Below are positions 36,336-49,330 of a stretch of DNA of 64,000 bases, piece by piece (the stretch's first letter is position 1; every line of letters begins with the position of its first letter). Position numbers and translations under genes: made by a program. The stretch is from the NCBI GenBank assembly GCA_010093605.1, contig MU004185.1, forward strand, positions 1,385,334 through 1,449,333, given 5' to 3'. This DNA comes from Lophium mytilinum. Lineage: Eukaryota. A model generated the notes under the pieces. The model was not told where the DNA came from. It saw nothing but the letters and a program-made list of their open reading frames with translations, and made no database searches.

Positions 36336-38102
36336 CTAGTCCTCCGCACCCGCTCGCTTTCTCAAGTTCTCAATACCGTAAAAGATGTCCTGCAACGCAG
36401 CTTGTTTCCCAGGATTCTCCGCATTGGCCACTTCCACCTCTCTTCCAAGCAGACCATCGCCTTGTGCCTGGTCATTGAGCTGTTCGAGTATTACGTCTAG
36501 TATGGATGTAATACTATATCCACCACTTGAACCTGGCGAAAATGCTTGTATCCGATGTGGAACGTCCTATGGCAGTTATTAATTATGATCATGGAGAGAC
36601 GGGTGAAGTGGCTAGCCACTCACTTCTTTCTGACGCAGCATTGTGGTAGATCCGGGCTCACGTGTATGGTCGATAGACACTATGATGACCTCCGTGCTCT
36701 GGCCAGATTCCAAGAGCGTCAGGTCCAGAGGATTTCCAACTAATGGGAGAGTCTGCTGCAGACTAGAGACCTTCTTTTCGCTATCAATCTTGAAAAGAAA
36801 CAAGGCTGGTACCCCTTCACAGGTCACAAGCACGCTATCCTAGCCTAGGCTTAGCGATCGGTATGGACTAAAGCAGTATGAGAGATATTACCCTTGAGGA
36901 TGAAGACGGAATCGCCCAGATACCTGAAACAGCAACTTTAAGGTCTCCTTCACTCTCCTGTGGCGGTCTAGCATGCTGGGGATGTGCTTTGAAGAAATCC
37001 AGCACTGGCTGCTTGATACTGATCTTTTCCAGCATACGACTGTTCAGCCAATCCCAGACAATGAGATCATCATCTCCACCACCGGATATGAGGTCTCCAG
37101 AACCTGTCAGACAGAGCTTGCTGACGAACTCCCGGTGGCCTTGACAAAAGCCTTCAATGATATGAGACTGGGGGGGTCCTCGCGATATGCGAATATGTTC
37201 GTCACGATCGGCAGTAAAGATATAGGTACGGGGCTTTGCTTCTGCCTTTTCTCCTGCGATTTCAGCGTACAAAATGTCAGTAAGCATTGACACATGCCCC
37301 AAAAGGAGGTCATGTTTGAACTTGAGAGGCCCCTTCGTCTTAGGCTGAAGTTTCTGCTTAAGTTGGTCCTCGAGAGCTTTTCGATTTCGTCCCGAGTGGA
37401 CTGTAAGTGGGGTCGCCGTGGGAACGAAAGACGCTGATGTTTCCTTCTTCTCCTGCGCGGCCACGAAAATGTCGTCGGCATCTGTGGGAGACGGTACGAG
37501 TGGGAGGGCGTAGACATCTCCGAACTTGTCTGCACAAAGAATAGTCGCGTCGTTTTCAATTAGTGTCACCGCGCAGGGCCGCTTTGGCATAGGCCTTGAA
37601 CAGTGTTAATTATACAATCGTCAAATGCAAGACACGTGTCTCACCTTTCACTTAAGGGTTCCAGTCGACCGGTCAGGTCGAGGCGAAATACACGAAGACA
37701 TTTGTCTTCTGCAGTGACGGCAACGAGATGCTGATAATCGCTGGTGACCACTAACTTGGACACATTGGGAGGTTCTTCTGCCTGTTTCGATAGCTTCACC
37801 TTCTTCCCGGGTGGTTCTTGCGGCTCGTCTGCGTGCACAGGCTCCTAACAATGCTTAGCTCTCACTCGTTATACGTGACAGTCTTCTGCCTGAAAGAATC
37901 AGATCAACGTTTCATCAAATCCCCCAATTCAAGGGTTTTCACTCACTACAGGCTCTGATATCTTCTGTGACGACCAAACGGATGTAGCGCCGCTGGAATG
38001 GCAGGAGTAAATTCTCGGGCCACTTGCAGCAAGCAGTACCCACGAGCTGTGATCCTGCGGGTCTGGTCTACAAGCCTGGACACACTGGAAAGGAACTGCC
38101 AT
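36336..38102 (-). CDS. TRM82: tRNA m7G46 methyltransferase WD40 subunit
   Basis: MAVPFQC...VTAEDKCLRVF...MPKRPC...CADKFGDVYALPL...LLGHVSMLTD...TADRDEHIRISR...SGGGDD...YGIENLRKR. Several introns. Confidence 0.92.
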
Positions 38103-38337
38103 CTTTCCTTTCGTACGGATGAAGTGATGTTAGAGGACTGGAGTCAGTTATGTGATCTGCATAAATTGTTCAAGTTAGCCTTGCTCAACGCGGCTAGCGC
38201 TCGCTTCGCACGGGCCCCCACTCCATTTTGCTTTCACGACATCTTGGAGAGCTGCCGGGCCAACTCCATCGTCTCTCCATAATTCAACAACACACGTTCA
38301 AGTCCTTAAACATCCCGGATTCTCATATACGAAGATC

Positions 38338-39503
38338 ATGGGGGGCAGAACCGCCAACAAAGCCGGCTACTTCGACAAGCTCAAGGCTCTCCTCGAGGGT
38401 AGGCGTCTCCTCCCGCGCATCTATGGTGCCAGCAATTGACCTTCGCGTAGAGTACAAGAGCATCTTCGTCGTCACTGTCGACAATGTCTCGTCCCAGCAG
38501 ATGCACGAGATCAGGCAGAGCCTCCGTGGTGAGGGTGTCGTCCTGATGGGGAAGAACACCATGGTGCGCCGCGCCATCAAGGGCTTCATCGCCGAGAGCC
38601 CAGAGTACGAGCGCATTCTTCCCCACGTTAAGGGTAAGCGCTGCTGTCTGGTTCTGTATTACTGGCATTCGCTGATCTGCTGTAGGCAATGTCGGATTCG
38701 TCTTCACCAACGCCGACTTGAAGGAGACTCGCGACAAGATTCTCTCCAACCGTGTCGCGGCTCCCGCTCGTGCTGGTGCTATGGCTCCCCTCGAGTACGT
38801 ACAAATCTGAGGTTAAAGGCTAGAGAGCATGGATGTTGACTGAATGTGTAGCGTCTACGTTCCTGCTGGTAACACCGGTATGGAGCCCGGTAAGACCTCG
38901 TTCTTCCAGGCTCTCGGTGTCCCCACCAAGATTGCTCGTGGTACCATCGAAATCACCACGGACTTGAAGCTCGTCGAGGGCGGAACCAAGGTCGGAGCTT
39001 CCGAAGCTACTTTGTTGAACATGCTGAACATCAGGTATGTATCTGCTGAACTCCCTCGGGTCACAACGGAGGGCTAATGCCGAAACAGTCCCTTCACCTA
39101 CGGTATGGGCATCTCGCAGATCTACGACAACGGTCAGACTTTCGCGTCCGACGTTTTGGATATCGAGGAATCTCAGCTCCTCAAGGCGTTCTCCTCCGCC
39201 ATTGCCACCATTGCTACGATCTCGCTCGCGACTGGCTACCCCACCCTGCCATCTGTCATCCACTCTGTCGTCAACTCCTACAAGAAGGTCCTTGCTGTTG
39301 CTATTGAGACTGAATACGGCTGGGATGAGATTGAGGAGCTCAAGGATCGCATCCAGAACCCTGACAAGTACGCGTCTGCTGGACCCACCACTACCTCCGG
39401 TGGAGGAGATGCCGCACCTACCAGCGGCTCTGGCCCAGCTGAGCCCGAACCGGAAGCGGAAGAGTCGGAAGATGAGGACATGGGCTTTGGTCTCTTTGAT
39501 TAG
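38338..39503 (+). CDS. RPP0: 60S acidic ribosomal protein P0 (uL10)
   Basis: [16 protein letters not shown]...[12 protein letters not shown]...[16 protein letters not shown]...[14 protein letters not shown]. Four introns. Confidence 0.98.
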
Positions 39504-40013
39504 AGAATTCATCGCAATTTCTTCAAGGCGTTGTCACGATACAACCTCCATGAAATTCGGCTCAGGTACAGAACATGCTCATGAGTGAAGACTCAGCCCA
39601 AAACTTTAAAATCAAACCAAGAATACTATGAAGCAGTGATGTCTTTTTGATCAGGATTGAGCAGCAAACATCTCGGCCACTATACATACTCAGGTACGTT
39701 CTTCTTCTTTCATTTATTTCCCGCGGATGATTACACATTTTTAACCCTGAGTTCTTCAATGAGGATTCAAACGCAACAACAACTCTAATTTTTTTATGAC
39801 GCACTACAACTCGATACAAATCTATGTTCTGTTTGCTAGTCTTTGTACTAATCGAGTTCCATAGACACCCGTAGATCTCGTTCGATCAGCCAATGCCCGT
39901 GACTACCATGCTCGAGCCACAGGTCTTGACATACCATCTCTATTCGTGTGAGCGTCTGTGACATGGACTGTGTCAAGCCATATGCGCCGCTTTCACGCTC
40001 TGACATGCTTCTC

Positions 40014-41108
40014 CTACAATCGCCCCAAATCCAGTCTCACCCAGTAAACAGTCCACCAAGGCTTTCCTCCCAGACTCTTGCAAACGCTCTCACTCTGAAC
40101 ATTACCCTGATAAACATCCGCGTGTGCCCAATCATCTTGGTTTTCCTCATCCTCTGCAGTGTTTGAGACATTATCCCTGAACAGCTTCGAAGCGAGAGAC
40201 TTGGCAATCCCACGGCCTCTGAATTCCGGCTTGACATGGAGAGACGACAAGCTTCCATCATGCCCCAAAAACACCCATGCAATCGGCTTCTCAGAATTCG
40301 ATGGGAACACAGCAAGACTCTTCAACTGCAGCAAGGTCGCAGCTGCACGCGGGATAGCGGTCCCAGCTTGCACAGTCGCGATATCTTGAGCGCGAACTTC
40401 GCCCCACCGTAGTCCTTCTGGCAGTGGCTTCGGAGTAGGCGTGCTGGATACTTTCAAGATGAATTTCCCGCATGGTGCGTTGAGACCGGGAAACTCCTCA
40501 CGCACGAGGTGCCGCTCGGTGAGGACGGGTAGAAGCTTCGAGTTCAGGGTTCCCAGCGTTAACACCGTTGGGATCAGGAGGTGGGTGAGGTACGCAACGG
40601 GTGGAACGTCTTCTATAGAGAGACTAAGGCCTTTGAAGCTCTGTAACGAGGTTGCGGTGGCGGCTAGGTCGAGGTGTTTCTGGTTCTCCGGACGGATCGG
40701 GGGGAGAGGGAAGGTGGAGGCGTGGCGGAGGGTAGATAGGAATAAGGAAGTGCAAGTAGGACATGATAACTTTTCTGCGTTCTCGGTCTCATCACTGCCT
40801 TGTGAAGCTGATTCGACGCCGTGACTAGCATGCTCAGGTACTTCGCCGCTTACAAACACCCACATCTCGGTCTCGGGGCGGGATGAACGGTCGAAGAAGC
40901 AGGCTGCGAAGCATTTCGGCCATTGTGGAGCGGTAGAACTTTCTTGTTCTGCGGGCGGGAAGGTAGCTAAGACGTGAGCAGTCGGGCTTTGGATCTGAGC
41001 TTGTATCCGTCGGTACAGCGGGATGCTGTATGGGAGGTATGAACGGAGTGCTTGGAGGAGAAGAGGGGAGGTGGCGGGGTGCTCGTAGACTTTGTCGGTG
41101 TACGACAT
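40014..41108 (-). CDS. GNAT-family acetyltransferase (FR47-like C-terminal domain)
   Basis: Intronless; PYSIPLYRRIQ N-terminus and acetyl-CoA motif A SLHVKPEFRGRGIAKSL, then NVQSESVCKSLG. Confidence 0.82.
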   Translation of the reverse strand: MSYTDKVYEHPATSPLLLQALRSYLPYSIPLYRRIQAQIQSPTAHVLATFPPAEQESSTAPQWPKCFAACFFDRSSRPETEMWVFVSGEVPEHASHGVESASQGSDETENAEKLSCPTCTSLFLSTLRHASTFPLPPIRPENQKHLDLAATATSLQSFKGLSLSIEDVPPVAYLTHLLIPTVLTLGTLNSKLLPVLTERHLVREEFPGLNAPCGKFILKVSSTPTPKPLPEGLRWGEVRAQDIATVQAGTAIPRAAATLLQLKSLAVFPSNSEKPIAWVFLGHDGSLSSLHVKPEFRGRGIAKSLASKLFRDNVSNTAEDEENQDDWAHADVYQGNVQSESVCKSLGGKPWWTVYWVRLDLGRL

Positions 41109-42722
41109 TGTAGAGGCTGAGTTGCGCAGTCTTTTGGTGTTGATGGAACTGTTATATCCAGGCGTGTTCAAGGATCATTTTGAGTCATACAGAGGCTTGA
41201 AGGATTTCAGCACTCGTGCATGACGAATATAGACTGTTGTCCAAAGTTGACGTTCGGTCACCTAGCGCGAAAACCAAAACAGACACTACCGTACAAGGTA
41301 ACGAGTTCGGGTGTCTTAGGGTAGGAACAGTAATCTTCTAGCCAATGGATTTTTTAGCCGGTCAGAAGTCGGTCATAGCTAGAGAAAGATGGATACTAGG
41401 ATCGACTTTTATATCGCATTAGTTGACCGGACGTGAAGACGTTTGAGGACTTAGAGGACCTGCCTATTCTGTTAATAGTTTAGGGAGGTTTGGCGAAGGT
41501 GTGGAGGTTTTCTATGTCAAGGTGGTGCAAAGGCTTTCCCTCCAGATCATTCCCATCGAGTCAAACATACCTCCATCTTCAGCAGAAACGCCGTTACGCT
41601 TCTTGACTCGGTTCTGAAAATACATCAAAAGACCACAAGCAGTGACTGGGAAGTATACACAGATCCAATGCTTGCTCACGGAACCGACCAACAAGACGCA
41701 GGATGACAGAAGTAGCGACAGCCATAAATTCTAACCAGTCGAACACTTCTCTTGGAATGGATGAAGAGAGACCGCAGTATCATCTTTAGAATGCCATTGA
41801 GACTATTGATTACGAGTTCATCACAGCGCAAATATGCGTTCCACGGCGTCTGCATGTCTTGTGCATACAGAGATGCTTGAAACACGTGGAGTGTTCGGAA
41901 ACACAACCCCATAGGAATGGGCAATTTTGCATTCGTCTCTCGGGACCGTTGGCAGTAGTAGTTTGGTATAAGATGATATTGTCATATATGCGAGGTTCAA
42001 AACAGCTAGATTCTTATATAGAATAGTTCTAGCAACATGGGTCACACTCCCTTCCACTCTTTAAACCACAACCCTCACCACTTTTTTCTCAGCGATAAAA
42101 TCATCTCTTTCAAGAATCTTCCGTTCTCCCAAAAGCCAGGAAAGTAATGCAAGCAATGTCCGCCGATCATGGCTTACTCACACTCGCTCCATGCACCCCT
42201 CCTCCACAAAACCTCTAAAAATAGTACCCAAGTACTTGAGCCTTCATGTCGCACTACTCTGATCTTCCTGTTCTCCGCTCAAAGCAGCATGTCAAATACG
42301 CCATTATGCCCAGAATAAGGCTTACATACGGCTCCTCCGCTCCCAGAACGTTGTGCAGAGGTTGAGTAAACATTTCACGCCAGACACACTCACAAATGCG
42401 AAAGGCTAAACTCCGAAATCTCGTCTCCAATCCCACCCCAACGGGAGGTACCCGGTGCTCGGGCCGCTGGAAATACCGGGGATATGCATGCTGGACGTGC
42501 TGCATAGATTAAATGCAGGGTCTATAATTAACCTTACCGATCCTCTTTCGCGAGCGAATGCTTGGGATGTTCCAATTTGGAGGTGGGTCTTGGATTTACC
42601 AAGACGGCACTTCCTAGTAAGGCTAGGAGAAGGTGAGGATATAAGTTCGATCTTGCTGCTTCCGACAACGTAGGCCTCTTCACCACTTCTTTTCAAGTCA
42701 TCCTTCAATCAAGTTCGAAACC

Positions 42723-43843
42723 ATGGTTTCCGCCGCGCTGGTTGCGAAAGTCCTCTCTCAAGCTGTGACTCTAGCGGTGCATAGCTGGGAATACGGGACT
42801 GTGTGTGAAGCCTTGCTGGAATGGAAGAATCCCGAATGGTCTGTCTTCGGCGCAGATCCGTTTCCGGGTGGGAAACTGCCAGTCTTGAACGTGGACCAAG
42901 TGGACGCTTTGAGCTATGCCAAACCGCATATCCGGACGGATAACGACACACTCATCGATGGTGCTGGTGAGTACAACTCTGCTCGATATTCAGCAATAGA
43001 GCTTTATACTAATTACCCTATTCAGGTGCCGCAGGCGACCCAGCCTCTCTCGGCGTGCCAGCCCTCCTGATCGGGAAGACGGACAGCGTCTACACCGACG
43101 CCGCAGTCCGGCAAGAAAAGCACCTCATGAACGTGGTCCCGCGCTGGCCCAACGGCGCCATCTCCCAGCGTGAATCGCTCCCCGAGCTATGGGCAGACGA
43201 AGTGTACATGGCTCCTCCATTCCTAGCCTACTACGCGGTAGCAAAAAACAACCTGGCTCTAGCAAAAGAATCCGCTCGCCAATGTCTCCTCTACCGAGAC
43301 GTGCTTGTCACACCTACCGGGCCCTGGTACCACATCACCGGCCCGCAAACCACTGACTTCGGCCTCTGGAGCACCGGCAATGGTTGGGCCGCAGGAGGCA
43401 TGGCACGCGTCCTCGCCACCCTTCGCAAATCCCCCTTTGATAGCGCCACTAAGATTGAGCAGAGCTCCCTCACCGCCGCCATCAAGCACATCATCGACAG
43501 CGCCATAGCTCTCGACACTGATTCCTCCGGTCTGCTGCGAAACTACCTCAACGACACCACCTGGTTCGGCGAGATTTCGGGCACCGCGATGCTGACAGCG
43601 ACAACGTTCCGGCTGGCTGTGCTAGCGCCGGATAGCTTTGGCGGGAAGTATACGAAGTGGGCAGAGAAGAAGATGGGGATTGTGGACGCGGGGATTGACA
43701 CGGGGACGGGGATCGTAAGCCCGGCCATCAATCCGCTGAATTGGCATGACAAGACGCCGTTTGTGACGGGAAGTCCGGAGGGGCAGAGTTTTGTTGTGCT
43801 GATGCATGCGGCGTATAGGGATTGGAAGGCGAAGAAGAGGTGA
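42723..43843 (+). CDS. Six-hairpin glycoside hydrolase, GH105/GH88-like
   Basis: HSWEYGT...DGA/GAAGDPASLG (intron about 42967-43025), LWADEVYMAPPFLA, WSTGNGWAAGGM, FGEISGTA, SPEGQSFVV. Confidence 0.82.
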
Positions 43844-43897
43844 TTTGAATGCGGCGTATAGGGATTGGAAGGCGAATAAGAGGTGATTTGAATGCGG
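43806..43897 (+). repeat. 43-bp tandem duplication spanning the GH105 stop codon
   Basis: atgcggcgtatagggattggaaggcgaa(g/t)aagaggtgatttga twice plus 6 bp of a third unit; one mismatch. Confidence 0.92.
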
Positions 43898-44436
43898 AAG
43901 GGGAGGAAGATGCTCAAAGGTCTACTGAACGAATGAAGGAAGAAAAGTGATTTCTTTTAATGACGAAATGGTCTAAAGGTGGACTTTGATCGTCCCTCAG
44001 AAAGATGAATTATGATGGCTGATTACGTCTATCGATATTGATTTGAATGAAAAGTCTATGCAAACCTACTTGCTAACAGTGCTATTTTCCCTCTCAAACT
44101 TCTAGTATAGTCCTGACTTACTCCTCAAACAGCGGCGAGAGTCGTTTACAGCGTCTGTGTCCGCTCTCACTCTCTCACTCTCTCTCTCTCTAGAAGCTGG
44201 CCTCTCATCTGGAGCTCGCACGATGCACTGGAGCATGTCCAACGGTGGCGACCAAGTGTCCACAACCTCTTTTCCCAAGTGCCGCAAGACCCTCTGGGAC
44301 GGCTCTGCCTCTTATTTTAGGATGTTGTGTCTCATTTAGGGCTTGGACGATGCACTGGGGCACCTCAGAAAGTAGCAAACAGATATCCCGTTCCAGTCTT
44401 CTAGATGTGTTTTCTGATTCCATGTGTCCACTGGTC

Positions 44437-45830
44437 TCAAGTAGAAGGCCCCTGAGGCACCCAGGGACTCGGATGAGGAGTATCCGTAAACCCAGGCGTG
44501 TGCGCAGGGCTCGTACCGAACCTAAGCGTTTGCCCAGGACGCGGGCTTTGACCCGGACTTATCGAAGACGTCGAACTGAACCTGGGACGGCTGAAGTTAG
44601 GTCGTGGACTAAGGCCCGGACTATGACGCGGACTAGGCCTTTCAGGACTCGGAGTCCTGCTATCGCTGTGCGTCTGCGCTTCCAGACTGGAGTAATCGGC
44701 CGAGTGATGAGGCGCCGGATTATGTTTCGGCATGAACGTCGCCATCTCCTCGCCATGGCTCCCATCGCGCGCATGCCGGCTTGGAGTGGCGGCGAGCGAG
44801 AAGTGCTTCACCCCGCGCTCAGACTCGTCGTGCTCCTCCCAGAAAGACTCCCAGCCTGCGAAGAGGGGGAGCGCGAGGAGGAGTACGGGCAGGAACTGGC
44901 CGAATCCCCATTCCTTCTCGCTCCCTCGGATGTTGACTGATGCTACTCCTAGGGCTTGTGTCTTATGGAGTGCGATACCCCCATATGCGATCCCATAGAT
45001 CGCGTAGAGAGGCGCTAAGAACCAATTGCGGATGAACGCCCACCCCTTGAGTATCTTCCCCTGCTTGTGCTCGAGGAAGTACATCGCGATGACGATGGAA
45101 AGGTGTCCACCGATCGCGCCGACCAGCAAGACGCCCCATCTCCCCGCAAACGCAGCTTTGAAAGGCGGTCGGTGGCCCTGGTAGAAACACGCCAGCGGAG
45201 ACGACGCGTGCAGGCCAGCGATGTTATACGAGTACGCAATATACGACGTATACCCCAACAGCCCGAGATTCCCCATCATAAAGAAGATCCTCGGTAAGTT
45301 GACCCACGGGTTCGCGACGAAGAAGTTGCGCAGGGCGACGAGTGTCAGCAGATGCGTGACGGTGGTCAAGAAGGCGAGTTCGACAACGATTACGAAATGG
45401 TAGACGGAGAGCTCGCAGTGCTTCAGGATGGCGGTGAATTGGACGGCTAGGCCGGTGACGAGCTGCGTGTCGCTGAAGGCGAGGAGGTTCTTGCTGAGGA
45501 TGCGGAACCAGAACATGTGCGTGCGCCAGTTGTAGTGCTCGCGGGAGTAGTCTTTGGCGGGCAGCTTTTGGATGTGCTTCCGGGAAAAGGCGCGGATGGA
45601 GTTGTAGCGCTCGAGGAACATCACGACGAAGGCGAGTACGAAGGCGAAACAAGTTGTGGTAATGAATGATATTATGACCTATCAATCCGGTTTTAGTGTC
45701 GCACGAAGTAGGAGTTGTATGTAATGAGAGAAAAACTTACGCCTATACCCGCAATATCTGGATTCGCTGGTACGACTTGGTTTTGAGAAATGCAATCGAC
45801 CTTGAACTCTTTACAGGTGAGGATCGTCAT
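44437..45830 (-). CDS. Multi-pass membrane protein of unknown function
   Basis: Exon 1 MTILTCKEFKVDC...NPDIAGIG, intron, then VIISF...FSDTQLVTGLAV...LSVYHF...EWGFGQFLPVLLLALP. Several TM helices and a Ser/Pro-rich tail. Confidence 0.8.
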
Positions 45831-46629
45831 CTTGAAGCCGTAGCGATTTTTTTCTCGACGTTCGGGGGAACGCGGTCCAGATGGCCAAGCTATATGTCTT
45901 ATCGCTCTGTGACAGTTTCACCATCTGACAAGAGGCTGAGGTTGACCCTGTGAGGTAACGGGGCGTGCCGCAGCAGCTAGGCGGAACTTGAAGCCACAGG
46001 TGTGATGTGCCAATGTTGGAGGCAGTGCGCCGGGTACTGTTCTAGGCATACGGCAGAGAAAGTTCCTTCTTCTACCCGCCTCCACCTTCCTTTCAGTACG
46101 CTATAGAAAGCTATCTGCGAAGTTTGCCTCTTCTTGGGTTCGACAAAAATTGCCCAGCCTTGTAACAGGTTCCTAAAATAAATCAGACGTGTTTGATCGT
46201 AGTTGGGGGCGGACACGTGCATGACGAAGTGGGGGCGGTGCATGTCTGAGCCTCCCCCGTTGCACCCCACCATCTCTTCTGCAAAGATACTCTTTAATAG
46301 TTCTGTAGTAACGTTGCATGTGTGCTCAATAATCATTCAATATGCAATCGCAGACATTTTGGACATAACAATGGCCAATGGTGCCAGCCTTTCCGCCCAG
46401 CCAACTATATGCTCATGCGATAGTGCAGCCAAGCCGTATCGCAAGCAGAAAAATTATAATCAGGTACAGTGAAAGCGCCGGCAGAATGCATAGAAACGAA
46501 ATATTGAATAGCCGCTCTACCCCAGCATCGAAGGAAGGCCTGCTTGCTCCAAAGCTCATGCATCACCTAACTCTTACTCATTCCACGTCTTTCGTCACAA
46601 GGCCCGATTATCTTCTCTTCACCTCCTGT

Positions 46630-48232
46630 TCAATCCTTCCGGCCTTTCCCAAGACTTCCATTAGTGCCACCATTTGATATGCTGGACTTCTCCGAGACTG
46701 GCGATTTTGAGGGTATGGTCAAGCAGTTGATACCCAAGTACTCGCAGATCCTGCCGATAACCAGGACCGCCCAGTTCGCATAGACGATGCCCGCGAAGAC
46801 GAAGTAGCACCAGAGGTACATATACTCGGTCTGCGCAGAGATGGGAGCAAAGAGATCTCCGATAATCGGAAAGTATGGGAAGTTTATAGCCACTCCTGCA
46901 ATTATCAGAGGTGTCAACATGACTGTGTACATTGGGAAAGGCTGATGCGTCAGGTGCGCGAGAATAATCTTCGTCGTCATCCGGCCAAAGACGAGGGACA
47001 TAGTCAAGCAAAACAGGACTAGGTGGTTGTCTGTGAGGAGATTCGAATGCGGTGACCCTAGCCACGCGGCAGTTGAGGCGACAAATATTACCATTGGCGT
47101 CCATTCAACGAAGAGGGGGAGAATGGATAGGCCTTGGGCGCGTCGGGCTTTTGATACGTTGACGATGCAGGCTGGGAGATGCGCGATCAGGAAGCTGGAA
47201 ATGAGAATTGGGACCCATAGGTCTCGGAAGGTCGTTTGTCCAATGTGAGGCTCGAGTGAAGGGAAATGGGCTATGAGTGGTGTCGACCACATCTCAGGGC
47301 CGTAGTACCCAGAAAGAATCATTATAGTACATGCGAGAATGAGGCCCTCTGCTCTAGATTAGTGAAACCGCCTCAACGTAATGATAAGTAGCAGCCTATG
47401 CTCACCTGTTGGCCCATTGAAGTATCCAAGGTAGAGAGTATGGGTGTGGTAGGTCTCCCAAGTGGAGAAGAACATGGGGAGACAGGGTATTAAAGCCGTG
47501 AAGGCGCCGGTCTTGGTGGGTCCGTACCCCATCGCAGCAGTCTCTAGAAGACTAGCAAGCGTGCAGTTGAGAGAGTCAATGCCGTGACTGTAATCCGATC
47601 AGCATGGTGTTTATAAATTGGAGGATGGCCGAGTTGTGGCATACTCGAATAGCTCTCCCAACCCACTCGACGTCCCGGTTCTGCGTGCTTGTTTGCCATC
47701 CACATTGTCCATTGTGGAATACCTAGTAGTCCTCTCGTCAGCGCTGTTCTAAATATTGCGGTCCAGGCTGCTTACATCCACAATCCAATTGCAAAGCTGT
47801 AGTACAACCATGACGGACCCTTTATCCGAGCAAATGTCAGTTGGCCGGCGTGTCCAACAATCCCAGAGAGTATCATCTTACAGGTCCAACCAGGTCTGGC
47901 ACGAAAATCGATAACAATGCTACGTTTCCGAGTATGAAGAAGAAGCCAAGTAGGGTGACCATGTTCGGCGCGAGCCACAGCGGGAGGAGTTCGACGAAGC
48001 CATTCCACTGCGCATCTTATAGTCAGACAAGGCTCTAGATGGAATGTTATAGGGGTGTCTGGTCGTACGTAGTGCTTGAGGATGTAGCGTGATATTAAGG
48101 ACTTGTCGACACTAGAGTATTTGTATGTCTTGAGATGAGCGAGAGCTTCGTCGGACACACATTCGTGCGCCGCTTTCTCTATGACAGAACATGTTAGCAA
48201 TGAGTCCTGTGCCGGGTATGCAAACGACCCAT
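46630..48232 (-). CDS. Choline/ethanolamine phosphotransferase (CDP-alcohol phosphatidyltransferase, Cpt1/Ept1-like)
   Basis: LKTYKYSSVDKS, WLAPNMVTLLG, DNVDGKQARRTGTSSGLGELFD/HGIDS (CDP-AP motif), WETYHTHTLYLGYFNGP. Multiple introns; start codon approximate. Confidence 0.9.
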
Positions 48233-49330
48233 ATGCGGGCGGCCGTGAAGGTGGTGTACGTACTGCTGCTCGGCTTCATGTTGGGGGAGGTCGTCACAGG
48301 GAGCGGGAGAGACATGGGCCAGGTGTTTGATGTAGACTTCGCGGGGTGAGTTTTGCTATGACGATATAGTCAGGGCCATATCAAGGCGGTATAAGACACA
48401 AGGGCAGGCGTCTGTTGAGGTTGGGAAGTGACGGGACGTCAAGTTTGGCAGCGGCGCAGATATTCTATAATCTCGCGATCGGAGGGCCCGGGACGACCAG
48501 GGCCCACGTACCTGCAAGCAAGATCCGCAGAGTCGTGGGCTGAGGGCATCAACAACTCGCACGTGAATTCATTACGCAACGTCAAATGTGCAGCACCCTA
48601 GCATCAATTGAGACACAGAACAGTCGTGAAGGGAGTGGCATAGGGATTGATCTCGAGTCTCAACATGACTCGTGACCTACCAAATCGATCGCGGGGACTG
48701 GCCCAGGCGGAGTTTTGGTACTGGACCCTTTCACGTGCTTGCACTCAGCAAAGTACTTCTCGGATCTGATAAGGCATGTATTCGAGAGCTTCTTTCATTG
48801 GAATGTTCCGCTCCGGGTGCTTAGAACTACCATGAAATGATTCTGCATAGTTATATATGTACATACATACCATCTCTTGTCAACACTATCAAAAACTCGA
48901 TTACTATGAGCATAATCCGCTTTGGATGAATAGTGAAATCGCTAAACGGCCTCATGCCGTACTATCTGCACAATCGGAGAAGGTCGTCGTAGACAAAGTG
49001 GTAAAATACTCATTCCGTCCGATCTCGGAAGACACATGAGCACTCCATGAAGTTATAGAAAGGCATTATTGATCTAGCTGAGAGGCACTAGACTTCATCT
49101 CAGTATGCAAAGGCCCAAAGCTTCTTCAATCGTCTAAGCAGACATGCAATTATGATTAATCCCTGTAGCCGTCCCATGCGAGCATAATCCCTGAGAGCGA
49201 CCCAATCGCCGTCTCAATAACCTTACCAATTCCCCATTAATCAGTCCCAAGCTTTTCATCATTGGCCGTCAAAAGAGCGTCAAATTACATCCAGATTCTT
49301 AAGCTAGCGGACCGTCTCCCCACAAGACAT

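Noticed and set aside
40014..40025. GNAT C-terminus -GRL as a peroxisomal PTS1
   Set aside because: Deviates from the [SAC][KRH][LM] consensus, with no other support.
41500..42700. Short ORF fragments between the GNAT and GH105 genes
   Set aside because: Could not be assembled into a spliced gene or matched to any family; left unannotated.
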